Source of the DNA: a virus
Direction: 5' to 3' (one strand)
Virus record (IMG/VR): IMGVR_UViG_3300027763_000040
Location: 34,874 to 98,873 of that record
DNA: 64,000 nt
Shown: positions 54,758 through 64,000 of the stretch, piece after piece
Position numbering within the stretch: the first letter of the stretch is position 1
Layout of the letters: each line of letters opens with the position of its first letter
The notes under the pieces: generated by a model
Told to the model about the DNA's origin: nothing
What the model saw: only the letters and a program-made list of their open reading frames with translations
Databases searched by the model: none
Made by a program: the position numbers and the translations under genes

Positions 54758-57700
54758 TATCTAAATCCCCCATTCACAATACCAAGAACAATATAATTTG
54801 CAGCAGTACTTGCAGAACCTACGGTATTAATTCCAGTAAAATTATAGATATCATATCCTCTAGTTGTTGTAACACCAGTGGTTGCAGATGCTAAAGAACC
54901 CCCAGACCAAAATATTGTTTCAGGAACACCATTCAAATTAACTGCAGTACAACTTCTTGCAGTTCCAGTTTGAGTTACAATTACACTAAATGTAATCACA
55001 TGATTATCAAAAGAACTGTCTGTTGGAATACCAGTTACATTCAGTGTAATATTACCACTCGGATTGGTACATAATCCAGTATTTGCACTATTCGAACTGT
55101 AAGTAATGGATACATTATTTCCATCTGTTCTTATAAGTTTTTCTGCAACATTTTGAATTCTTATTTCAGAAACTGTTGCTACACCAGATACTGAAAGTTG
55201 AGTAACTGATGCAATACCACCTATAACATTAGTAGATACTCCTGCTGCTGTAGCATACGTGGCAATACCAGCATTATTAGAATAACCAGTATTTATTTGT
55301 TGAGGTGTTGGACCAAATTCAACCCATTGAGAACTGTTTCCATCATTATAATAAAAATAAGTGATGCCATCATCTTCGTCTACCCAATAATCTCCGACAG
55401 ATGCAGATCCTGGTGGCGTAGATTGGCGATAAACCGTAAAGTTACCAACAAGTCCTTGAAGACCTTGCAATCCTTGAGAACCTTGAAGACCTTGCAATCC
55501 TTGAGAACCGAATGCACCCTGAAGACCTTGAGCACCAGTGGATCCAATACCAATGGTTCCTTGAAGACCTTGGAGTCCTTGAGCACCAGTGGATCCAATA
55601 CCAATAATACCTTGAAGACCTTGGAGTCCTTGAAGACCTTGTGATCCTTGAGAACCGAATGCACCCTGAAGACCTTGAGCACCAGTGGATCCAATACCAA
55701 TAGTTCCTTGAAGACCTTGAGTACCTTGAAGACCTTGAGTACCTTGAAGACCAGTAGATCCAATACCAATAGTTCCTTGAAGACCCTGAAGTCCTTGAGA
55801 ACCAGTAGATCCAATACCAATAGTTCCTTGAAGACCTTGAAGGCCCTGTAATCCCTGAGTTCCTTGAGATCCTTGAGCACCTTGAGATCCTGTTGAACCA
55901 ATACCAATAGTACCTTGAAGACCTTGTAATCCTTGAAGACCTTGCGATCCTTGAGATCCCAATACACCTTGAAGACCTTGAAGGCCTTGAGCACCAGTGG
56001 ATCCAATACCAATAATACCTTGAAGTCCTTGAAGACCTTGGAGTCCTTGAAGACCTTGTGATCCTTGAGAACCAGTAGATCCAATACCAATAGTTCCTTG
56101 AGTACCTTGTAATCCTTGAGTTCCTTGGAATCCTTGAGAACCTATCGATCCTTGAAGACCTTGAATTCCTTGAGAACCTTGAGAACCAGTAGATCCAATA
56201 CCAATAATACCTTGAAGACCCTGAAGTCCTTGAAGTCCTTGATTACCTTGAGTACCTTGATTACTTAAACCCTGAATTCCTTGAGTTCCCTGCGGTCCCC
56301 TAACAGATCCAACATTAGACCATGATGATCCATTATATACCCATAAATTACCAGTATTACTATCAATAACACCATCACCAGAAACAGCAGAAGGAAATCC
56401 ACTATTAAGTTGACTTTGCTCACTTCCTGGTGTTAATGGTAAAGATCCTTTAATAGTAACCGAAGTACCATCTGATCCACGTTGACCTATTGCGCCTTGA
56501 GATCCAAATATTCCTTGCGTTCCCTGAATTCCTTGAGCACCAGTGGATCCAATACCAATAATACCTTGAAGACCTTGGAGTCCTTGAAGACCTTGGAGTC
56601 CTTGAGCACCAGTGGATCCAATACCAATAATACCTTGAAGTCCTTGGAGTCCTTGAAGTCCTTGAAGTCCTTGGAGTCCTTGGAGTCCTTGAAGACCTTG
56701 GAGTCCTTGAGCACCAGTGGATCCAATGCCAATGGTTCCTTGAAGTCCTTGTAATCCTTGAGAACCTTGAAGACCTTGTAATCCTTGAGAACCTTGAGCA
56801 CCAGTAGATCCAATACCAATAGTACCTTGAAGACCTTGTAATCCTTGAGAACCTTGAAGACCTTGTAATCCTTGAGAACCTTGAGCACCAGTAGATCCAA
56901 TACCAATAGTTCCTTGAGTACCTTGAGTACCTTGAGCACCTTGAGTACCAGTAGATCCAATACCAATAGTTCCTTGAGTACCTTGGAGTCCTTGAAGACC
57001 TTGAGTACCTTGAGCACCTTGAGTACCAGTAGATCCGATACCAATGGTTCCTTGAACTCCTTGAGTTCCTTGAGCACCTTGAGTTCCTTGAGCACCAGTA
57101 GATCCAATACCAATGGTTCCTTGAACTCCTTGAAGTCCTTGACGACCTTGAGTTCCTTGAGCACCTTGTGATCCAATAGTTCCTTGAACTCCTTGAAGAC
57201 CTTGAGAACCAATAGTTCCTTGAAGTCCTTGAGCACCTTGGGCGCCAGTAGATCCAATACCAGAAGTTGTTGAAAATGTTATTTTTTTCGGATCAGTTGC
57301 TTTTGTTGTAATTGCAATTCCAGGTCCAGCAACAATCTCAACAGTATCCTCAGCAACCGCAACGAGAGGATCTTGCCCAGCAACATTCCAAGTTTTAAAA
57401 CTACTACCCAACTGAACAAAAACTTCATTATTGCCAAGACTTGTTACGGCAAATCCAGTATTTCTATCAAATCTTATTGCACTTACATTCGTTACAGCAT
57501 CTGTACTATTAATCCCAGCGTAACCAGATCTTGTGCTAACAGTAAGTGATGACCCAACCCCAGTTAATTTTGATCCATCACCATAAAAACTAAATGCACT
57601 TACAATTCCAGTATTACCATAAATTGTAACACCAGTACCAACATTTAAAACATTTGTTGTGCCATTGAGAGTGATGCTCGAAGATCCAACAGTTAAAATA

Positions 57701-59532
57701 CCAGAAATTCTTGCGTTTCCAGTAACATCTAATTTTGATTTTGGTAATGTAGAACCTATACCAACATTTCCACTTAAATTAATTCTTATAGCATCATTCT
57801 GTCCATTCGCACCTAGACCAAGTTGAACAGAAGATTCTGCACGAACATTGGATACTAAGTTCGAATGAGAGATAACAATATCACCTTGACCACCTTTTAC
57901 AAATCTTATATTTCCACCGTCAACTTCAAAAACATATTGTTCTGCAGGAGAAAGGACCCCAATACCAACTTGTCCAGAATTAAGAACAGTAAATGCATTG
58001 GCATCATTACGAGATCCATGTTCAACAAGGAAAGCAGGTCCAGTTCCAAGTTGTGTTACACGAAGAAGTTCTGTAGTTGTTGCCCCCTCAAAAATAACAT
58101 CGCCAGAAACATTAAGAAACGCTGGAGTAAGTGTGGTTCCAATTCCAACACCATTATTTGTAAATCTAACCTTTTCGTTAGATGCTAATGTTCCACCAGA
58201 GAATAATGAAAGATATGAAGTACTTTTTCCAACACCAAGAGATAGATTTCCATCAGATGCATACAAATAACCATCAGTTGGTCCATTAATAGTCCAAATA
58301 TCAGTACCAAATCCAGTATTATTAATACCAAGATCTAAGAAGTTTAGTGTATCAGTTCCATTATCTGCAGTTAAAATAAGATCAGAAGATGCATTAGATC
58401 CAGAAGAAGTATTTCTGATGTTAACTTGGGCATAAGAATTTACATTTGAACTAAAATCTGCAAGTGCATTTACCAGTCCAGAAGTAGAAGAAGTATTATT
58501 TGCGACGGAGAGTTTATATGGGGGATTTGTGATGCCTATACCAGTATTACCTTGGATATAAGCACTACTATTGACTTGAAGTTTTTGATTTGCTGTTCCT
58601 GTTGAATACCCGCCACCAACGATAACATTTCCATCAGAATCAATTTGCATTCTTGAAGAAGCACTTTCATCATTATAGTTTCCTGTATAAAATGTAATAT
58701 TAGTAGCATCAGGAGACCCCCAACCACCGCCACCAACATAAACAGATCTTTCAATTGCATCATCCCAAGTTCCAAAAGCACTAAAAGGTATATTTGAGTT
58801 ATTATATCGTGCTCCACGTATAATAGAACCCTTACTAGTTAAATTATTTAAACTATATCCAGAAAGAGTAATAGCATTATAATTATCTATTCCATTACCA
58901 TAAATTTCTAATGTAGACTTAATATTTGTTGTTCCAATTCCAACAAAATATCCATTACCAACAACGTGAAGTTTTGATGTTGGATTTGTGGTTCCTATAC
59001 CAACATTCGAAAGTGTATTGATACCAGCAGAAGTTTTTTCCCAATAATTAGATCCTGATGGACCTTCAATTCCCATGACACCCTGAAGTCCTTGAGATCC
59101 ACCACCCTGAAGACCTTGCAATCCTTGAGTGCCCTGCGATCCTTGAGAACCAGTAGATCCAATACCAATAATACCTTGAGAACCTTGATTTCCTTGTGTA
59201 CCTTGATAACCTTGTGATCCTATAGATCCTTGAGCACCTTGATTTGATAATCCCTGAACACCTTGATTTCCTTGTGTACCCTGATTTCCTTGTGATCCTA
59301 TAGATCCTTGAGTACCCTGATTTGATAATCCTTGAACACCTTGACGACCTTGAGTACCTTGAACACCCTGTCCAACAAATTCGCCACTTATACCCTGACT
59401 ACCTTGTGTACCTTGAAATCCTTGAGTTCCATCGCGTCCAATATTACTGGAAACTACCTTGATGGCGTTTTCTTGGCCAACTCTTACGGTAGTAGTATTT
59501 GGTGGATTAACATTTACATTAATATCAGACAT
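54757..59532 (-). CDS. Long collagen-like tail fibre (1591 aa)
   Basis: VGIGTTNP fibre repeats plus three G-X-Q tracts separated by small globular domains (GNLWVYNGSSWSNVG; YYNDGNSSQWV). Late promoter at 59578-59584. Confidence 0.85.
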   Translation of the reverse strand: MSDINVNVNPPNTTTVRVGQENAIKVVSSNIGRDGTQGFQGTQGSQGISGEFVGQGVQGTQGRQGVQGLSNQGTQGSIGSQGNQGTQGNQGVQGLSNQGAQGSIGSQGYQGTQGNQGSQGIIGIGSTGSQGSQGTQGLQGLQGGGSQGLQGVMGIEGPSGSNYWEKTSAGINTLSNVGIGTTNPTSKLHVVGNGYFVGIGTTNIKSTLEIYGNGIDNYNAITLSGYSLNNLTSKGSIIRGARYNNSNIPFSAFGTWDDAIERSVYVGGGGWGSPDATNITFYTGNYNDESASSRMQIDSDGNVIVGGGYSTGTANQKLQVNSSAYIQGNTGIGITNPPYKLSVANNTSSTSGLVNALADFSSNVNSYAQVNIRNTSSGSNASSDLILTADNGTDTLNFLDLGINNTGFGTDIWTINGPTDGYLYASDGNLSLGVGKSTSYLSLFSGGTLASNEKVRFTNNGVGIGTTLTPAFLNVSGDVIFEGATTTELLRVTQLGTGPAFLVEHGSRNDANAFTVLNSGQVGIGVLSPAEQYVFEVDGGNIRFVKGGQGDIVISHSNLVSNVRAESSVQLGLGANGQNDAIRINLSGNVGIGSTLPKSKLDVTGNARISGILTVGSSSITLNGTTNVLNVGTGVTIYGNTGIVSAFSFYGDGSKLTGVGSSLTVSTRSGYAGINSTDAVTNVSAIRFDRNTGFAVTSLGNNEVFVQLGSSFKTWNVAGQDPLVAVAEDTVEIVAGPGIAITTKATDPKKITFSTTSGIGSTGAQGAQGLQGTIGSQGLQGVQGTIGSQGAQGTQGRQGLQGVQGTIGIGSTGAQGTQGAQGTQGVQGTIGIGSTGTQGAQGTQGLQGLQGTQGTIGIGSTGTQGAQGTQGTQGTIGIGSTGAQGSQGLQGLQGSQGLQGLQGTIGIGSTGAQGSQGLQGLQGSQGLQGLQGTIGIGSTGAQGLQGLQGLQGLQGLQGLQGLQGLQGIIGIGSTGAQGLQGLQGLQGLQGIIGIGSTGAQGIQGTQGIFGSQGAIGQRGSDGTSVTIKGSLPLTPGSEQSQLNSGFPSAVSGDGVIDSNTGNLWVYNGSSWSNVGSVRGPQGTQGIQGLSNQGTQGNQGLQGLQGLQGIIGIGSTGSQGSQGIQGLQGSIGSQGFQGTQGLQGTQGTIGIGSTGSQGSQGLQGLQGLQGLQGIIGIGSTGAQGLQGLQGVLGSQGSQGLQGLQGLQGTIGIGSTGSQGAQGSQGTQGLQGLQGLQGTIGIGSTGSQGLQGLQGTIGIGSTGLQGTQGLQGTQGLQGTIGIGSTGAQGLQGAFGSQGSQGLQGLQGLQGIIGIGSTGAQGLQGLQGTIGIGSTGAQGLQGAFGSQGLQGLQGSQGLQGLQGLVGNFTVYRQSTPPGSASVGDYWVDEDDGITYFYYNDGNSSQWVEFGPTPQQINTGYSNNAGIATYATAAGVSTNVIGGIASVTQLSVSGVATVSEIRIQNVAEKLIRTDGNNVSITYSSNSANTGLCTNPSGNITLNVTGIPTDSSFDNHVITFSVIVTQTGTARSCTAVNLNGVPETIFWSGGSLASATTGVTTTRGYDIYNFTGINTVGSASTAANYIVLGIVNGGFR
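55450..57260. repeat. 9-bp-period collagen-coding repeats with recurring IGIGSTG interruptions
   Basis: Directly visible; one non-repeat island at about 56300-56480. Confidence 0.9.
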
Positions 59533-59584
59533 TCCTTAAATACTCTCGTATTTTTCTAGTACGTGTTCCGTTATGGTTATTTAT

Positions 59585-59956
59585 CTAACTGATATTATTG
59601 CTTCTTGGGCGATACTTATATAAATCTGTACGTGCTTCTGGTTTCATCCAGTTTTTAATTTTCTCATAATTCTCAGCAGAAAAGAAGCACTGATTATAAT
59701 ACCATTCTTCCCAAAGAGTATGTCCTTTGGATTGATTACAAGAATGACAGCAGGCAACTACATTCGTCTTAATATCCAAACCACCTTTACACTGGGGAGT
59801 AATGTGATCTAGTGTGATGTTTTCTTCAGAATCACAATAGGCACATTTGTTTTCCCATTGTTCTTTTATATTCTTCCTCCACATTCGTTTTGCTTCTGCT
59901 TTACTTGTCGTTTCTAGATTAAACAGATAGTCCTTAAACGAGTGTAGAGGAACCAT
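59585..59956 (-). CDS. HNH endonuclease
   Basis: CAYC...TLDHI.P..GG....N.V.CC..CN..KG motif. Late promoter at 59977-59983. Confidence 0.9.
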   Translation of the reverse strand: MVPLHSFKDYLFNLETTSKAEAKRMWRKNIKEQWENKCAYCDSEENITLDHITPQCKGGLDIKTNVVACCHSCNQSKGHTLWEEWYYNQCFFSAENYEKIKNWMKPEARTDLYKYRPRSNNIS

Positions 59957-59975
59957 AAGTATTTGCAACTTATGA

Positions 59976-60098
59976 TTATTTATTCTTGGTTTTTATAACT
60001 TCTACGAGTTCTTTAAATGTGATATAGATGTAATGAAACTCATCATAGTAAGTGACATCAGAGTCTCTCTCTAGAAATTTTTTAATTTTCTTTAACAT
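59976..60098 (-). CDS. Small hypothetical protein (40 aa)
   Basis: Read by hand: MLKKIKKFLERDSDVTYYDEFHYIYITFKELVEVIKTKNK. Fills the gap between its neighbours. Confidence 0.6.
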   Translation of the reverse strand: MLKKIKKFLERDSDVTYYDEFHYIYITFKELVEVIKTKNK

Positions 60099-60711
60099 AT
60101 GGAGATAATCTCTCTAATGCATCGTCCCACATAATTCTATCTCCACTTGGAGTAAACAAAGCAACTGTAATCACAACTCTTCTCTCATTTGTAGGATTAT
60201 ATGAACTATGTAAAGGCCCTACATTAATTAGACTGCAAGTTCCAATTTCTGCTTCATATTCTAATTTGGCATCATTTTCATAAGACATTAAAACTCTTCC
60301 ATGATAATGACTATCATTCCTATCTCCAACTCGAACTTTTGATATTTCTGGTATTTGATCTGCCGATACACTCTCAAGACTTGTACTAATATTATGAACT
60401 TTTTCGGAAGTCCACCATCTCATAGTACTACCATTAGCGCCATACTGAAAAACAATTTTTGCCCAATCATCCCATTCAGTGTTATCCGAATGTATTACTC
60501 CAACATCATTTGGGGGAGTACAAAAAACTTCAATCCAATAACTTGTCATATTCAATGACTTAAGAAGTTTAATAAGATTTGGATTATTGAGTTGATTTAA
60601 TTTCAAAGTTTTATGAAATTCTACCCATTTCATGCCATTACTATTCCATTTACTGACATCAATATTTGGAACACAATTTGACAAATTTAAATGTCTATGA
60701 TATCTGTTCAT
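60082..60711 (-). CDS. Putative double-stranded beta-helix (2OG-Fe(II) oxygenase/cupin-like) protein
   Basis: F.TPP....IHSD ... L.NVG.LHS..N....R pattern (HxD...H...R). Confidence 0.55.
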   Translation of the reverse strand: MNRYHRHLNLSNCVPNIDVSKWNSNGMKWVEFHKTLKLNQLNNPNLIKLLKSLNMTSYWIEVFCTPPNDVGVIHSDNTEWDDWAKIVFQYGANGSTMRWWTSEKVHNISTSLESVSADQIPEISKVRVGDRNDSHYHGRVLMSYENDAKLEYEAEIGTCSLINVGPLHSSYNPTNERRVVITVALFTPSGDRIMWDDALERLSPYVKEN

Positions 60712-60892
60712 TTTTTTTCTTACAGGCATCTCTTGCCCAAGCACGACTTAAACTATCTATATGAGAACAAGATTTTTTAGATTCCCCACAGTATGGACAT
60801 TTAGCATCTGGGGGATCCTTTAAGTATCCGTCAGGTATGTACATCCTCTTCTTTTTGAGATTCTCAGATTGTTTATGTTTTCTGTGATTCAT
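60695..60892 (-). CDS. Small Cys-containing hypothetical protein
   Basis: CPYC..C..C pattern; ATGA overlap with the upstream gene. Confidence 0.65.
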   Translation of the reverse strand: MNHRKHKQSENLKKKRMYIPDGYLKDPPDAKCPYCGESKKSCSHIDSLSRAWARDACKKKNEQIS

Positions 60893-61209
60893 ACCCTAAC
60901 ATGAAAGGGTTCTTGCTGCCTGTCTGGTAGTTTGATTTGAGGTAATTGATTGATCTTCTCAACCATCCACGCATCTCGATGCTCTTGATAAGGTTTAGGA
61001 TCGATGGCAATTTCATTAGTTGGAAGTGCTTTGGGCATTTCAATATCAATCACTGGACTCATGAGTGTTTTGTTTTTTACAATTTCACGATTTGGTGTAT
61101 CTAAATTCATTATCATTCTTGCATCTTCAAAATCCCCACAGTCACAAATCTTTCTTCCAGTCCTTCTTTCTCTTACTGAGAAGTAATCTTCAGTATTATA
61201 CTTGTTCAT
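60889..61209 (-). CDS. Hypothetical protein
   Basis: YFSV....TGRKI.DCG...DA pattern seen in genes downstream of cyanophage psbA. Confidence 0.7.
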   Translation of the reverse strand: MNKYNTEDYFSVRERRTGRKICDCGDFEDARMIMNLDTPNREIVKNKTLMSPVIDIEMPKALPTNEIAIDPKPYQEHRDAWMVEKINQLPQIKLPDRQQEPFHVRV

Positions 61210-61318
61210 TTTTTGAAGTCTTTTGATTATTATACTGCTTTTTCATCGGTCTGTAAAGGTTGGGCCAAGTATCATGAATTATATCTACGAGTTTATATGG
61301 AGTTGTTGAGGATATCAT
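61196..61318 (-). CDS. Small hypothetical protein (40 aa)
   Basis: MISSTTPYKLVDIIHDTWPNLYRP... The ATG overlaps the stop codon of the upstream peptide. Confidence 0.55.
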   Translation of the reverse strand: MISSTTPYKLVDIIHDTWPNLYRPMKKQYNNQKTSKNEQV

Positions 61319-61380
61319 AGTAGGGACATTAGAAAGAGGAACACTCCGAAGAGTTGGAAGAGCAGGAGGATGAGGAGCAT
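61315..61380 (-). CDS. 21-aa hydrophobic micropeptide
   Basis: MLLILLLFQLFGVFLFLMSLL, ATGA-coupled to the next ORF. Confidence 0.45.
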   Translation of the reverse strand: MLLILLLFQLFGVFLFLMSLL

Positions 61381-61411
61381 TTTTTATTGATGCTTTTATT
61401 GTATATAGTAT

Positions 61412-61419
61412 TATAAATA
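61412..61419 (+). promoter_or_regulatory. T4 late promoter for the endonuclease-VII-like gene
   Basis: Exact TATAAATA ending 25 nt before the ATG. Confidence 0.8.
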
Positions 61420-61444
61420 AGTATAGAAAATACGCATTACAATA

Positions 61445-61843
61445 ATGAAAACTTGTATGGATTGCAAACAAGATTTATCGGATGATTTGTTTCATAAAAG
61501 AACTTATAGAACTGGTAAACTAGGACTTCAACCAAGATGCAAAAAATGTGCTACTAAGAATAGAAAACAATATTATAAACCTCACGAATATATGAGAAGA
61601 AAATTTAAACTATCGGAAGCAGAATATAATGAACTTATGAAGCACGATAACTGTCAAGTATGTAGTAGAGATATAACAAATAAAAAATGTATTGACCACT
61701 GCCATAATAAAGAAAAAATCCGAGGAGTGTTATGCAATAACTGCAACACTGCACTCGGATTAGTTGGGGATAATGTTCAGATTTTATCTAAACTTATCCA
61801 ATACTTGGAGCAGTCAGAGCAACAGGAGTTGCTTCTACACTAG
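61445..61843 (+). mobile_element. Free-standing endonuclease VII-family homing endonuclease (F-CphI-like), convergent with psbA
   Basis: N-terminal CxxC...CxxC finger, then C.VC...IDHCH....RGVLC..CN.ALG. Its last 50 nt overlap psbA exon 2. Confidence 0.85.
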
Positions 61844-63078
61844 CAAGGTCCAAGGGGAAGTTGTGAGCATTCTTGAAATCCCACTGTCGCCAGGGGCAAG
61901 GACTATATCATCACCATTTCTGGTGTCGGACGCTAATGGTGTATTACATCTCACGCTTGAGAAACCACCTAGTCTCTGAACCTTCCCCAGAAGCGTCTGG
62001 GGCTTGGCTGCTGATTGTCTACGAGAGAGTTCCAGCAATTCATCCGATTTAAAGAGCGCCATGCTTATACAAAACGCTCGTGCATTACTTCCATCCCAAG
62101 TCCACCACGATTAAGAATATCAGCCCAAGTAGGAATTACTTTGTTCTGACTATCAGTAATAGACTGGTTGAAATTAAATCCGTTGAGATTGAAGGCCATC
62201 GTGGAAACACCAAGGGCGGCGAACCAGATGCCTACAACAGGCCAGGCAGCAAGGAAGAAGTGCAACGAACGGGAGTTATTAAAGGACGCATATTGAAAGA
62301 TAAGACGACCAAAATACCCGTGAGCTGCAACTATGTTATAAGTTTCTTCCTCTTGTCCGAACTTATAACCGTAGTTCTGACTTTCGGTTTCAGTAGTTTC
62401 ACGTACCAACGATGAGGTTACAAGAGAACCGTGCATCGCAGAGAACAGTGAACCACCAAAGACACCAGCAACACCCAACATATGGAAGGGGTGCATAAGG
62501 ATGTTATGCTCTGCCTGGAAGACAAGCATATAGTTAAAAGTACCAGAAATGCCCAAAGGCATAGCATCAGAGAAAGAACCTTGTCCGAAAGGATACACAA
62601 GGAATACAGCAGATGCAGCAGCAACAGGTGCTGAGTAAGCAACCATAATCCAAGGACGCATACCTAGACGGTAAGAAAGTTCCCATTCACGTCCCATATA
62701 GGAGTAGATACCAATCAGGAAGTGAAAGACAACAAGTTGGAAAGGTCCACCATTGTACAACCATTCATCTAAGGAAGCAGCTTCCCAGATAGGATAGAAG
62801 TGAAGTCCAATAGCATTAGAAGAAGGAACAACAGCACCAGAGATGATGTTGTTACCGTACATTAATGAACCAGAGACAGGTTCACGAATGCCGTCGATGT
62901 CCACAGGAGGAGCACCGACAAATGCGATGATGAAGCAAATCGTTGCGGCAAGCAACGTTGGAATCATAATGGTTCCAAAATGTCCGACGTATAAACGATT
63001 ATTTGTACTTGTTACCCAACTAAGGTAACGTTCCCAGAGATTGTCGCCAGATTGGCGTGTAGCAATTGTAGCAGTCAT
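61794..63078 (-). CDS. psbA: Photosystem II D1 protein, two exons (63078-62074 and 61871-61794), 360 aa after splicing
   Basis: Exon 1 ends ...EVMHER. Exon 2 reads [25 protein letters not shown]. Confidence 0.98.
61872..62073 (-). ncRNA. Group I intron (202 nt, no ORF) in psbA
   Basis: 5' exon ends in U and the intron ends in G. P AATTGCTGGAA, Q AATCAGCAG, R GTTCAGAGACTA, S GATATAGTCC. P3 TCGGATG/CGTCCGA. IGS GGCGCTC pairs with exon GAGCGT. AGCAT pairs with exon-2 ATGCT (P10). Confidence 0.95.
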
Positions 63079-63081
63079 TTG

Positions 63082-63195
63082 TTAAAAGGGTAAGTATGAG
63101 TCCAAGGGGAATTGAACAGTTACAGTATTCCTACACCACCCTCCAGTGTAGGTATGAGAGACGTATTTATCGTGCAAAGTCTCGGTAAGCACCTT
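63082..63195 (-). ncRNA. Structured psbA 5' leader (PhotoRC-II-like motif)
   Basis: GAGAC...GTCTC pairing, CCTACAC-TGGAGGGTG-GTGTAGG hairpin whose loop can pair with downstream TTCCCC, and ACTTACCC before the ATG. Confidence 0.65.
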
Positions 63196-63226
63196 AGCAA
63201 TGTTAGGATTTCCTGACTTGCTGATG

Positions 63227-63260
63227 TATTTATCATAACACCATCAGAACCTGCTGTCAA
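63227..63260 (-). promoter_or_regulatory. Composite psbA promoter: sigma70 plus an overlapping late promoter
   Basis: TTGACA-N17-TATGAT with ATAAATA (63227-63233) overlapping the -10. A second ATAAATA lies at 63164-63170. Confidence 0.85.
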
Positions 63261-63278
63261 CCCCCTTCCTCAAATAAA

Positions 63279-64000
63279 TTATGTTGCAGTTAATGCAGTT
63301 ACTAATCCAACATATCCACCAGCAATTGCAGTGCTATACTTTGCATTTTTTCCAAAAGCAACTACTGTATTGGAATGAAAAACGAAAACTCCAGAGACAC
63401 CAGCAATTGCTCTGTTGCTGGCAGGAGATGTAAGTATATCAAAGTAATTATTGATTGTTACAAGAGTACCAGCAGTCATTGATACTCCATGTCCTACAGT
63501 ATTTGTTAGAGATGTGCTAGTAACTATGGCAGTTCCACCATCAACTTTTACACATGCTTCTCCAGCACTGTCAATTTTACTATACTGGATTTGTAGAGTT
63601 CCTGTTCCACTTACATTAAATGTAGCAGTTGAACCACCAGTTGAGCAGTTACTAAAAAATGCATATCCTTTACTGACTTTTACAACATAATCAGTTCCTG
63701 ATGTACCTGCTCTGGATAATTGTTGAACTTCTGCATATAATTGAGTTCCAGTTCCACTATTATCCATAAAAATTGCCTGGTTTCCTGTAGAACCTGCAAT
63801 GATATTACAATCATTTAGATAACAACGAAGAGGTGCTGAACCAGTAACTATTAATGAGTGTGTTGTCCCAATACCAGGATTACTTCCAGTATTTACAATA
63901 CCAAGATTAGAAATACCAAATCGGTTTTGATATAAACTTCCTACTGTTGGATTGATGGTGACTGTTCCATAAATCCATATGGGCATTTGAGAACCACTTG
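63279..64000 (-). CDS. 3' part of a beta-helix-like (tailspike-like) protein; probably starts outside the window
   Basis: Open to the window edge. Alternating small/hydrophobic beta-strand pattern. Confidence 0.5.
   Translation of the reverse strand, partial: SGSQMPIWIYGTVTINPTVGSLYQNRFGISNLGIVNTGSNPGIGTTHSLIVTGSAPLRCYLNDCNIIAGSTGNQAIFMDNSGTGTQLYAEVQQLSRAGTSGTDYVVKVSKGYAFFSNCSTGGSTATFNVSGTGTLQIQYSKIDSAGEACVKVDGGTAIVTSTSLTNTVGHGVSMTAGTLVTINNYFDILTSPASNRAIAGVSGVFVFHSNTVVAFGKNAKYSTAIAGGYVGLVTALTAT

Noticed and set aside
51693-57257. Long alternative-frame ORFs (KVFKVLKD, SRSSR, LKTLKT repeats)
   Set aside because: Shadows of the 9-bp collagen repeats, which lack stop codons in other frames. 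No SD or promoter support.
61196-61471. 91-aa ORF, or an alternative psbA exon 2 at AATGCTCC (near 61381)
   Set aside because: The site is preceded by A rather than the terminal G needed for a group I 3' splice site. The region is better explained by two micro-ORFs.
61835-62062. 75-aa ORF starting inside the psbA intron
   Set aside because: It runs through the catalytic P/Q/R/S core, has no nuclease motif and ends out of frame in exon 2.
1-64000. Stop-codon reassignment or tRNA genes
   Set aside because: Core genes are full length in the standard code and all three stop codons are used. I recognised no tRNA in the short intergenic gaps (tRNAscan-SE not run).

Overview
This is a segment of an AT-rich T4-like cyanophage (cyanomyovirus) genome, read mostly on the minus strand. 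In window order it contains: (1) 1-9.9 kb, a baseplate/tail module (gp5 5' part, hub and tape-measure-like genes, gp51, gp26, gp54-like, plus an inverted gp4-gp2-gp48-gp53 block); (2) 9.9-17.9 kb, a replication/metabolism module (Mom-like DNA modifier, endonuclease, gp32, gp59, gp33, exonuclease, phoH, thyX, glutaredoxin) that includes a small nitrogen-sensing cassette (NtcA box, tandem glutamine-riboswitch-like aptamers, two peptides); (3) 17.9-28.9 kb, an island of glycosyltransferase and methyltransferase genes; (4) 28.9-59.5 kb, a large fibre/adhesin island (three paralogous beta-propeller/glycine-rich proteins, an S74 chaperone, LamG and Gly-rich proteins, three Gln-rich collagen fibres); (5) 59.6-64 kb, an HNH gene, small ORFs, and psbA split by a 202-nt group I intron with a convergent endonuclease-VII-type gene overlapping its 3' end. 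The most striking observation is that the 3328-aa protein parses by hand into exactly ten 7-repeat units (probable 7-bladed beta-propellers), nested inside one another up to four levels deep like balanced parentheses. Other notable signals are a probable -1 frameshift joining gp26 to gp51 and a 50-codon ORF nested inside a riboswitch aptamer. All family assignments come from motif recognition, not database searches.
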